A stretch of DNA of 64,000 bases from Candidatus Dojkabacteria bacterium (GCA_030583825.1 CP129477.1:694294-758293), one strand, 5' to 3'; shown: positions 29,915 to 38,205, numbered from the stretch's first letter. The notes: generated by a model from the letters alone, not told the origin. Numbers and translations: made by a program.

Positions 29915-30798
29915 GCTGGCGTACTCTTGTTGTTACAGGGCGAGCAAAACTTGATTACCAACTTGGCTACATGGTGATCCGTAAAGATACAGAACAGCAA
30001 ATCTTTCTTGATGATGTAAATGTACTTATTTTAGAAAGTACAGCAATTTCATTGACAACCTATTTATTAAAAGAACTTGTGAATAAAAAGGTAAAGGTTG
30101 TTTTCTGTGATGACTTTCATAATCCTGCAGCAGAGCTAGCACCTTTTTATAATAATAAAATGTCTTCTGCCAACATAGAGCTCCAGATTGGCTGGAAAGA
30201 AGATATAAAGAAAAAAGTGTGGGCGGAAATCATAAAACAGAAAATCATTAATCAAGCGTTTGTTTTAGCAAAAAATGAACTAGTTGAGAAATCAAAACTA
30301 CTTTTAGAGTATGTAAAAGAAGTACAACTCGGTGATAGCACAAATAGAGAAGGACATGCTGCAAAAGTATATATGAATGCTCTGTTTGGGAATTCATTTT
30401 CCCGAGGACAAGATAATGAAATCAATTCAGCATTAAATTATGGTTATACAATACTTCTCTCAGCTTTTAATCGTGAAATTGTGGCCAGTGGTTATCTCAC
30501 TCAACTCGGTATAGCGCACCATAATACATATAATTATTTTAACCTGAGTAGCGATTTTATGGAGCCTGTTCGACCATTAATAGATTTATTTGTTAAGGAT
30601 TCTGACTTTAAAGAATTTGGGACAGAGCAAAAGCACCTGACCGTAGATATTTTAAACAGAGGAGTGAGGGTACGTAATGAGAAACAATATTTATCAAATG
30701 CCATTGCCATTTATGTGAAAAGCATTATCAATGTACTAAACAGCGACAAAGTAGAAGATATTAAATTTATAAATATAATGGAGGGTGAGCAGTTATAG
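29911..30798 (+). CDS. cas1: CRISPR-associated integrase Cas1 (type II)
   Basis: The 295-aa product carries EGHAAKVYMNALFG...LNYGYTILLSAFNREIVASGYLTQLGIAHH...DFMEPVRP with conserved Cas1 catalytic E/H/D positions. There is a 4-nt overlap with cas9. Confidence 0.9.
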   Translation: MSWRTLVVTGRAKLDYQLGYMVIRKDTEQQIFLDDVNVLILESTAISLTTYLLKELVNKKVKVVFCDDFHNPAAELAPFYNNKMSSANIELQIGWKEDIKKKVWAEIIKQKIINQAFVLAKNELVEKSKLLLEYVKEVQLGDSTNREGHAAKVYMNALFGNSFSRGQDNEINSALNYGYTILLSAFNREIVASGYLTQLGIAHHNTYNYFNLSSDFMEPVRPLIDLFVKDSDFKEFGTEQKHLTVDILNRGVRVRNEKQYLSNAIAIYVKSIINVLNSDKVEDIKFINIMEGEQL

Positions 30799-31108
30799 AT
30801 TTATGAGAATTATTGTTATGTTTGATATGCCTACAGATACTCTTCAAGAAAAGAGAGCGTATAGGTATTTTCGTAAGTATTTGGTTAAAGATGGATTTTT
30901 TATGATGCAGGAAAGTATATATGTCAAAATAGCAATTAACGCCGAATCTAGTAAGAGTATACTTAAGCGTTTAGAACGGAAAAAACCAGAATATGGGCTA
31001 GTTCAGATTATGCAAGTCACAGAAAGACAATTTGAGAAAATGATTTACCTAGTTGGTAAACCAATTAAGAAGGTAATTTCTTCAGATAAAAGACTAGTTA
31101 TTGTATGA
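30785..31108 (+). CDS. cas2: CRISPR-associated endoribonuclease Cas2
   Basis: The product is about 100 aa. MRIIVMFDMPTDTLQEKRAYRYFRKYLVKDGFFMMQESIYVK matches the Cas2 N-terminal beta-strand with catalytic Asp (MYDI-like). The probable true start is the Met at 30803. Confidence 0.8.
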   Translation: MSSYRFMRIIVMFDMPTDTLQEKRAYRYFRKYLVKDGFFMMQESIYVKIAINAESSKSILKRLERKKPEYGLVQIMQVTERQFEKMIYLVGKPIKKVISSDKRLVIV

Positions 31109-31773
31109 AACTACTATTGCCCCAAATTAATAACTCTTTCGATTTCGCTCAAAATAAAGTCAACAGGCTTGTGATAGAAAATTCCAGTGAATTTGCTAGA
31201 GTTATTCAAAAATTTAAAAATCAAGTTGATTTCGGTGAAAGTTATGCATCTTTATTTGATGATATAGTAGAACAAAATTTTACGAAATTAGTTGAGATCA
31301 TTTATTCTCCGATAGAGTTTAATATAAATACTCCCTTATTATTAAATAGCTTGCATAAGAACCTATCAATGGAAACTAGTAATGAACAATCTTTCTTAAA
31401 AACGGTAGAATTAAAAAGGCACATAGTAAACTATATACAAGACCTTCTCTATAATAAAGATGCAGATTTACTTTACGATGATGATCCTGATATTTCCAAA
31501 GTATTCAAAATGTTAGGGGTTAGATACAATGATGTATACGAAACAATTGTAGAAAAACTATTTAAGTTTCTAGTCGCAAGTCAAGAACTTGGGAGTAAAG
31601 AGATATTTTTATTTGTAAATCTCAGCGACTACTTATCTTCAGAGGAAAAAACAACTTTCTATAAAACAGTTCTTGCAAAAAACATAAAGATCTTTCTTAT
31701 AGATAGAAATTTTTATGAAAGAAATAGTTTAGAAAATCTTACTCTTATTGATAAAGATTTATGCGAACTATAA
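31105..31773 (+). CDS. csn2: Csn2-like protein (type II-A signature)
   Basis: The 222-aa product sits between cas2 and the array, where type II-A csn2 is found. The C-terminal region IFLFVNLSDYLSSEEKTTFYKTVLAKNIKIFLIDRNFYE parallels the short-form Streptococcus Csn2 ([35 protein letters not shown]). No Cas4-like Cys cluster or RecB motifs are present. Confidence 0.55.
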   Translation: MKLLLPQINNSFDFAQNKVNRLVIENSSEFARVIQKFKNQVDFGESYASLFDDIVEQNFTKLVEIIYSPIEFNINTPLLLNSLHKNLSMETSNEQSFLKTVELKRHIVNYIQDLLYNKDADLLYDDDPDISKVFKMLGVRYNDVYETIVEKLFKFLVASQELGSKEIFLFVNLSDYLSSEEKTTFYKTVLAKNIKIFLIDRNFYERNSLENLTLIDKDLCEL

Positions 31774-31915
31774 TGAGTTTCTCTTGATAAATTGGGAGGA
31801 ATATGATAGATTATGTTAAGGGAAGCTCTTTGATATTAAGTTGTTTTGGTTGCTCTATTTTTCATTTGCAGGTCTAATCAGCTTGTCCTCTATTCCTGTT
31901 AGTGAGGAATTTGAG
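31774..31915 (+). promoter_or_regulatory. CRISPR leader
   Basis: A 142-bp AT-rich non-coding stretch lies between csn2 and the first repeat. It ends with ATTTGAG directly abutting repeat 1, which equals the leader-anchoring motif described for Streptococcus type II-A arrays. Confidence 0.5.
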
Positions 31916-33205
31916 GTTTGAGAATAGTGCAATTCCAAAGGGGTATCAAACTCAAAAATCTGACGCATTGGAACATCTTCTGTTTGAGAATAGTGCAATT
32001 CCAAAGGGGTATCAAACACATAATGCGTTTATTAAAATTTAATTTACGTTTGAGAATAGTGCAATTCCAAAGGGGTATCAAACCGCTACAACGAGCGACT
32101 CAAAGTGCTTGGAGTTTGAGAATAGTGCAATTCCAAAGGGGTATCAAACAGGCATTTTTACCTTTGTTCCGTCCCAGTGGTTTGAGAATAGTGCAATTCC
32201 AAAGGGGTATCAAACTTTTACCTTACAGGTGCTCTCTAACGGATAGTTTGAGAATAGTGCAATTCCAAAGGGGTATCAAACCATGGAATATTCTTGTAAA
32301 AATCCCTTGTTGTTTGAGAATAGTGCAATTCCAAAGGGGTATCAAACAGTTCGAGCTATTGTTGCTGCTCTTCTAGCGTTTGAGAATAGTGCAATTCCAA
32401 AGGGGTATCAAACCAAAAGGACGTACATAAATGCAAGGTTCGAGTTTGAGAATAGTGCAATTCCAAAGGGGTATCAAACCGGTTACATGCGCTTTATCAC
32501 CCGCTGAAGGTTTGAGAATAGTGCAATTCCAAAGGGGTATCAAACTCTGCGTGATATTTATTCCACCATTCCTTGGTTTGAGAATAGTGCAATTCCAAAG
32601 GGGTATCAAACCATCACCATCACCATTTGGTTTAATTTCTAGTTTGAGAATAGTGCAATTCCAAAGGGGTATCAAACTGCAACATCAGCTTTAAATTTAC
32701 CCTCTTTGTTTGAGAATAGTGCAATTCCAAAGGGGTATCAAACTGCAACATCAGCTTTAAATTTACCCTCTTTGTTTGAGAATAGTGCAATTCCAAAGGG
32801 GTATCAAACTCACAGATGATGCACTTATTTATGGATTTGGTTTGAGAATAGTGCAATTCCAAAGGGGTATCAAACCTTACATTGGACGCATGTTTTACGT
32901 GTATCGTTTGAGAATAGTGCAATTCCAAAGGGGTATCAAACTACAACTCTTTGCTCAAGTGGAGGAAGAAAGTTTGAGAATAGTGCAATTCCAAAGGGGT
33001 ATCAAACACCCTATAATCGTATACGGTGCTCTCTTGAGTTTGAGAATAGTGCAATTCCAAAGGGGTATCAAACACCAGAGTATCTTGTTACAAAAGGTGA
33101 ACTGTTTGAGAATAGTGCAATTCCAAAGGGGTATCAAACAATCTGTGTGTAAAGTATGTTGACCGTTCCGTTTGAGAATAGTGCAATTCCAAAGGGGTAT
33201 CAAAC
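31916..33205 (+). CRISPR. CRISPR array with 20 direct repeats (36 bp) and 19 spacers (30 bp)
   Basis: The repeat GTTTGAGAATAGTGCAATTCCAAAGGGGTATCAAAC recurs every 66 bp from 31916 to 33170. Every repeat read appears identical, including the terminal one. Spacers 12 and 13 (32678-32707 and 32744-32773) are identical (tgcaacatcagctttaaatttaccctcttt). Confidence 0.97.
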
Positions 33206-33251
33206 TACAATAAAGCTTAATAATAGCTTCCCCTCCGCGCTATAATATCCA

Positions 33252-33695
33252 ATGCCGACAATCAAAAACCCACAACGCAATAAACAGCAAACCCTTCTTA
33301 AAAACAAGTCAGAAATCACTATAATCAACGACGTTCCTGCGGGATTTCCATCTCCTGCCAGCGATGCAATTCAACAGTCCCTCGACCTAAATCAGCTACT
33401 CATTCAGCATCCAGCAGCGACTTTCTTTGTGAAAGTGCTCGGACACTCCATGCAAAACAGTAATATTCATTCTGGTGACATATTAGTAGTGGATCGCGCG
33501 GTAACTCCGGAACATAATCACATCGCTGTCGCCGTCATTGATGGAGAATTTACAGTTAAACGCATTGTCAAAAGAGGGGGGAAGCTATTTCTTGTCCCGG
33601 AAAATGAGAATTTTCACGCAATCGAGATAAAAGATGGAATGAATGTTGAGATTTGGGGAGTTGTTACTTACGTCATCCATTCCCTCAAGCTGTAA
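33252..33695 (+). CDS. umuD: UmuD-like S24 peptidase (translesion polymerase accessory subunit)
   Basis: The product shows AGFPSPASDAIQQSLDLNQLLIQHPAATFFVKVLGHSM (Ser nucleophile) and DGEFTVKRIVKR (Lys general base), with UmuD/LexA C-domain spacing. It lacks an N-terminal HTH, so it is UmuD rather than LexA. Confidence 0.75.
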   Translation: MPTIKNPQRNKQQTLLKNKSEITIINDVPAGFPSPASDAIQQSLDLNQLLIQHPAATFFVKVLGHSMQNSNIHSGDILVVDRAVTPEHNHIAVAVIDGEFTVKRIVKRGGKLFLVPENENFHAIEIKDGMNVEIWGVVTYVIHSLKL

Positions 33696-33737
33696 AATTA
33701 AATAATTTCGGCGTTAACTGCGTATGCGCCGCATTCA

Positions 33738-33755
33738 ATGTATAATCTTATACAT
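33738..33755 (+). promoter_or_regulatory. Palindromic candidate operator overlapping a -10 element upstream of umuC
   Basis: ATGTATAAtcTTATACAT is a perfect 8/8 inverted repeat containing TATAAT (33741-33746). It lies between umuD and umuC. Confidence 0.3.
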
Positions 33756-33826
33756 CTCTCTTGGTGCTCCTTGTTGCCTTGAAATTCTCTTAATTTTCCA
33801 ACTTGATAATAATAGTAAATAAAACA

Positions 33827-35122
33827 ATGTCTAGACCAACAACACAATACGTCCTCATAGACTGCAACAACTTTTTTGTGTCCTGTGAGCGTATATTTAA
33901 CCCAAAACTATGGAACAAACCAGTCGTTGTGCTATCCAGTAATGATGGATGTATTGTCGCACGGTCAAACGAAGCAAAAGCATTGGGGATTCCCATGGGA
34001 GCACCAGTGTTTAAACATGCCGAAATGTTGGAAAAGAATAATGTGTTTCAGATGTCATCAAATTTTCCGTTGTATGCAGATATTTCACGAAGAGTGATGG
34101 AAATCTTGCACGAATTCTCCGATTCTGTAGAGGTGTATTCTGTAGACGAAGCATTTATCAAATACAAGCCTGGAACAAAAGAAAACCTTAAGCAAACCTT
34201 TCGTGAATTAAGAAAAAAGATTTATCAGTGGACAGGTATTCCTGTCTCAATAGGCATAGCACCGACTAAAACGTTGGCAAAAGTCGCGAGTGAAAAGGCA
34301 AAAAAAAGAAAAGATCTCGAAGGTGTCGCAATCTGGAGTGATTTAGGTGTCCACCAAGAAGTGCTCAAAACGGTCGAGGTGGGTGATATCTGGGGAATTG
34401 GTTGGAATCATGCCGCGCTACTAAAAAGACATGCAATATTTACTGCGTATGATTTGACCCAGCTTTCAGACAAAACCATTCGAAAACTACTCACCATCGG
34501 TGGACTGAAAACAGTTACAGAGCTCAGAGGAACCGTATGTATTGACATTGAAACAATTACTCAACCTCGAAAGGGACTGACAAGTTCGCGTAGTTTTGGG
34601 CGAGCAATAACAACGTTAGAAGAGCTTGAAGAAGCAGTTTCTCTTTTTGCAACTCGAGTAGGAACAAAGCTGTTTGAGCAAAAGTCCGTTGCACTCTATC
34701 TTTCTGTATATATTAGAACAAGCAAATATAATCCGGAGAACCGAAATATTTCAAAAGTCGCAACTGTTCGCCTAGACGAGCCGACGTTTTACATTCCGCA
34801 TATAATAACTGCCGCAAAGAAAGCATTGAAAAGTATTTATATGGACGGATATACATATAAAAAAGCAGCAGTATACTTACAGGATATTTGTCCAGCTGAT
34901 AGTGCACAGCAAAGTTTTCTAGGAGGATTTGAAGCAGACCAAATGGTGAGCAAAAAGCAGGAAGCGATTCTTTCTACTGTAGAAAAAATTAATACAAAGT
35001 GGGGGAGTCTTACAATTAAACCCTTGGCAATTGGAGAAAAACAACTTTGGAAACCAAAACAGGAAAAAGTATCACCGGCCTATACAACAAGTTGGAGTGA
35101 TTTGGTTACAATTCGGCTTTAG
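33827..35122 (+). CDS. umuC: Y-family DNA polymerase (UmuC / Pol V catalytic subunit)
   Basis: The product reads MSRPTTQYVLIDCNNFFVSCERIFNPKLWNKPVVVLSSNDGCIVARSNEAKALGIPMG, the Y-family palm with catalytic D and E, and has a little-finger C-terminus. The track ORF starts at 33803, but the Met at 33827 is more likely. Confidence 0.8.
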   Translation: MSRPTTQYVLIDCNNFFVSCERIFNPKLWNKPVVVLSSNDGCIVARSNEAKALGIPMGAPVFKHAEMLEKNNVFQMSSNFPLYADISRRVMEILHEFSDSVEVYSVDEAFIKYKPGTKENLKQTFRELRKKIYQWTGIPVSIGIAPTKTLAKVASEKAKKRKDLEGVAIWSDLGVHQEVLKTVEVGDIWGIGWNHAALLKRHAIFTAYDLTQLSDKTIRKLLTIGGLKTVTELRGTVCIDIETITQPRKGLTSSRSFGRAITTLEELEEAVSLFATRVGTKLFEQKSVALYLSVYIRTSKYNPENRNISKVATVRLDEPTFYIPHIITAAKKALKSIYMDGYTYKKAAVYLQDICPADSAQQSFLGGFEADQMVSKKQEAILSTVEKINTKWGSLTIKPLAIGEKQLWKPKQEKVSPAYTTSWSDLVTIRL

Positions 35123-36003
35123 AACACAAGCTGAAAGATAACAGTTCCGCAAATTGCGAATACTAGTGCTGTATTCATATAAAACATGATCCACGCTCCT
35201 ACCTGGGTTTCAGATTTTGCTCGCTGTAAAAACCACAAAGGAAAAACTGGGAATACCAATGTAATCAGGGTGAAAGGAAAAAACTGCCATGAAAGAATGA
35301 CTAGTAACGCCGCAATTTCCAATAATATAGCTGCAATATACAGTGATACTCGTCTTCCATACACTTTAACTGTAGATGCATCTGCTAAGTCTGGTGAATA
35401 CGCAGTTGGTGATGTTTCTCCAAGCGAAGAGAATAATACTGTTCCTGCAATCCAGAACCATGCTGCCGCAATCATAAATGGTTCTGATAACTCGTGAGCA
35501 TTTTGGGTATAGCCAATTACTCCGGGCAGAATAAATAATACGGTAGAGAATATATCAAGCAATGGGCGATCTTTGAGCCTAAATGGAGGAGCACTATACG
35601 CGTATCCCAAAAACAAAAACGCAACAAATAATGCTGCGGAGGGGTAGTTTGGCTGTAAAAAAAGAAAAATCGCTCCAAGGGCAAGCACTGCCAGTAATAC
35701 AGGAATGAGCCAATGTTCTGAAGGTTCCCCTAAAGGCTCTACACGTGCTTTATTTTCAAGCTTTTGTTTTGTTGTGTGGTTAGAAGCTGGTTCGTCAAAA
35801 AAAGCAGCAATACCATGAATAAAAATGCCTGCAACAATGCTAAAAAACAATACATGGAGCCAAAATGCAGCAGATGTTACATAAACCCAATGGTAACTTG
35901 ATGCAGCAAAGCCGATTATATATGCACCTGCGGGGTAAACCCACATTTTCGGGCGGGAAATTGCAAGTATCTTTTTTATCGTATTTGCCATATAATCCAT
36001 CAA
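35119..36003 (-). CDS. Polytopic membrane protein, possibly a UbiA-family prenyltransferase
   Basis: It has about 8 transmembrane helices. YAYSAPPFRLKDRPLLD resembles the UbiA YSxPPLRLK-RxPLLG segment. The first Asp-rich motif is not obvious. It is divergent from a polyprenyl synthase gene. Confidence 0.35.
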   Translation of the reverse strand: MMDYMANTIKKILAISRPKMWVYPAGAYIIGFAASSYHWVYVTSAAFWLHVLFFSIVAGIFIHGIAAFFDEPASNHTTKQKLENKARVEPLGEPSEHWLIPVLLAVLALGAIFLFLQPNYPSAALFVAFLFLGYAYSAPPFRLKDRPLLDIFSTVLFILPGVIGYTQNAHELSEPFMIAAAWFWIAGTVLFSSLGETSPTAYSPDLADASTVKVYGRRVSLYIAAILLEIAALLVILSWQFFPFTLITLVFPVFPLWFLQRAKSETQVGAWIMFYMNTALVFAICGTVIFQLVF

Positions 36004-36115
36004 TCACCATTATACTATACGGGAAGAGTAATCGTGTTAATATTCACACGTCACCCAAAGGTACAACATGGGGGATTCTCCAATGTGAGTAGAGTTAAAA
36101 TCTTTTTATAGAAGT

Positions 36116-37192
36116 ATGGAAAATGGCGAACTTGGCAAGTCATTTTTAAAGTCGTATATTCAAAAGACTGACGGAAAAATAGTCTCTTATTTCGAGAAAA
36201 AAATTGCGGAGGCGAACCAAGTTGGGGAAATTCCTGCACAAAATATTGCAGCATACGTAGAAACAGTTCGAAGAGGTAAGCGAATTCGCGGCTCATTAAT
36301 TACTTTGGGCTATAAACTCGCAGGCGGAACAGAAGAAGAAAAAATTATTGATGCGAGTATCGCAATTGAGCTATTCCATGCTGGTGTTTTGGTTCACGAT
36401 GACATTATGGATAGAGATCACATTCGCCGTGGTCTTCCAACAATGCATAAGCAGTACGAAAAATCGGGAGAAGAGCTTGAAATTAAAGATGCCGCACACT
36501 ACGGTGTATCACAAGCCATCAACCTTGCCGACGCCGCATACTATATGTCGTGGCAAACGCTCTTGGAATCAGGATTCTCATACGAAGATATCGTAAACGC
36601 TGGAAAAATCTATGCAGACTATGTGCTAAGGGTTGTGCATGGACAGGTTCTCGACGTTGCAAACCTTGCTGTACGCCAAACAACAGAAGAAAAAATCCTC
36701 AATGTATTGAAATATAAAGCAGCCGAATATACCGGAGTTATGCCGTTACTTTTTGGTGCTGCGCTCGCCGGACTAAACGATAAAAAGGTCACAGATGCCG
36801 TTATTCGCTATGGATTAGCATTTGGATGGGCATTCCAGATTCAAGATGATATTCTCGGCGTTTTCGGTGAGGAAGAAGAATTTGGAAAGCCAATTGGCAA
36901 CGATGTTCGCGAAGGAAAAAATACGCTTTTGACGCTTTATGTTCAGCAACATGGAACAAAAGAACAAAGAGAGTTTCTTGATCACTGTATGGGTAACGAA
37001 AAGATTTCCCGCGAGGATGTACTAAAAGTCCGAGAAATTATGAAAGACTGTGGCTCATATGACCATGTATTCAACCTGGGATGGCAGTATGTAGAAGAAG
37101 GAAAGTCAGCCGTTGCCGAAGTCACAGATAATGAAGAGATTCAAAAGATCTTGAGATCCCTGATTGTGTATATGATGGAGAGAGTAAAGTAA
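36116..37192 (+). CDS. Polyprenyl (geranylgeranyl/farnesyl) diphosphate synthase
   Basis: The first DDxxD motif is LVHDDIMDRDHIRRG and the second is FQIQDDILGVFG. The 358-aa length fits. Confidence 0.8.
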   Translation: MENGELGKSFLKSYIQKTDGKIVSYFEKKIAEANQVGEIPAQNIAAYVETVRRGKRIRGSLITLGYKLAGGTEEEKIIDASIAIELFHAGVLVHDDIMDRDHIRRGLPTMHKQYEKSGEELEIKDAAHYGVSQAINLADAAYYMSWQTLLESGFSYEDIVNAGKIYADYVLRVVHGQVLDVANLAVRQTTEEKILNVLKYKAAEYTGVMPLLFGAALAGLNDKKVTDAVIRYGLAFGWAFQIQDDILGVFGEEEEFGKPIGNDVREGKNTLLTLYVQQHGTKEQREFLDHCMGNEKISREDVLKVREIMKDCGSYDHVFNLGWQYVEEGKSAVAEVTDNEEIQKILRSLIVYMMERVK

Positions 37193-37200
37193 CCTATTCT

Positions 37201-37265
37201 CTGAAAAAGAGTACTTGATTCTTAACGCCGAATAGACCATATGTCGACTAAATCTGCGTGCTTTT
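37201..37265 (+). repeat. 3'-proximal repeat family B, copy 1
   Basis: ctgaaaaagagtacttgattcttaacgccgaatagaccatatgtcgactaaatctgcgtgctttt is about 80% identical to 61097-61164 and to the reverse complement of 38206-38270. It starts 9 nt after the stop of the polyprenyl synthase gene. Confidence 0.6.
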
Positions 37266-37330
37266 CCCTCGAATTGATTACTTTAATCAAAATACTGAGC
37301 TTATCTTTCAGAATTTTACAAAACTCGTAA

Positions 37331-37699
37331 CTAACTCTTTGCGGCTCTTGCCAATTTTCTATCAAGCGTGAGTAGCTTTAGTTTAGAGAGTTTTGATTTT
37401 TCAAGTAACCAAGCATCTACAAAACCAAGGCTAGTAGTACAATATCTCTCTAAAGCTTGAAAATTTAGCTTCTTATCTTCAACTTCAAATTGTTGAACAT
37501 CTAAAAAGTATTTCAGAAGTAATATTTTCTGTTTAGGGTAGTGATAAAAGGAACGTAAAACAAATATAGTTTCTGCAAATACGACAGAGGTTATGTAACA
37601 TTTATGTTGTCTTACAAAGTCTTCTGCTTTTTCTGTAAGTACTTCATCTTCAGGGACAAGAAGCCTAATGATTATATTTGTGTCTATAAGTGCTACCAT
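37331..37699 (-). CDS. PIN-domain toxin (VapC-like)
   Basis: MVALIDTNIIIRLL shows the N-terminal Asp of the PIN fold. The 122-aa gene abuts the antitoxin gene. Confidence 0.6.
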   Translation of the reverse strand: MVALIDTNIIIRLLVPEDEVLTEKAEDFVRQHKCYITSVVFAETIFVLRSFYHYPKQKILLLKYFLDVQQFEVEDKKLNFQALERYCTTSLGFVDAWLLEKSKLSKLKLLTLDRKLARAAKS

Positions 37700-37948
37700 T
37701 TATATTTCTCTCATATTTTCGTAAGCCTTTTTACGGATTGTGTTGAAAGATAGTCCTTTCCCAGAAACTGGAGGTTTCCCGAGTATTCCAATGACATCTT
37801 TAAGAGATCGGCGTGGTTTTATTAAGATGACTCCATTTTTCTCGGAAATCTCTACCTGGCTGAATGGCTGCAAAGAAGGAAATTTCTTTCTGATTGCTTT
37901 TGGAATTGTCACTTGGAATTTGGGACTTACTGATGAAGTTATATTTTC
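37700..37948 (-). CDS. AbrB/SpoVT-family antitoxin
   Basis: MENITSSVSPKFQVTIPKAIRKKFPSLQ is the swapped-hairpin DNA-binding motif. The track ORF extends to 37990, but that N-terminal extension contains the palindrome ATGTAATacaATTACAT plus TATAAT, which looks like promoter and operator rather than coding sequence. Confidence 0.55.
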   Translation of the reverse strand, partial: ENITSSVSPKFQVTIPKAIRKKFPSLQPFSQVEISEKNGVILIKPRRSLKDVIGILGKPPVSGKGLSFNTIRKKAYENMREI

Positions 37949-38205
37949 CATACGTAGCGTTTGTTTATGTAATTGTATTACATTATACATAAGTTTTACG
38001 TTTAGATAAAGTATTACTTTTTGCCTTTGGAATATTATAAACTAGGAAAAATGAATGAAAAGTTAAGGGTGACTATCCAAAATGCTGGAGAAATGAAGAG
38101 TAATAGTATGGAAACTATTAAGTTGAAACATGATGTGACAGGGCACGCAGTAAAAAGCTCGTTCAATCAATAGTTGGATTTCTAATAACTCTGAATTCTG
38201 TGAAT

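Noticed and set aside
31899-33203. The track lists multiple ORFs of 60-150 aa on both strands across this region.
   Set aside because: They are translations of the 36-bp CRISPR repeat in different frames (RIVQFQRGIK... / IPLWNCTILK...). The region is a CRISPR array, not coding.
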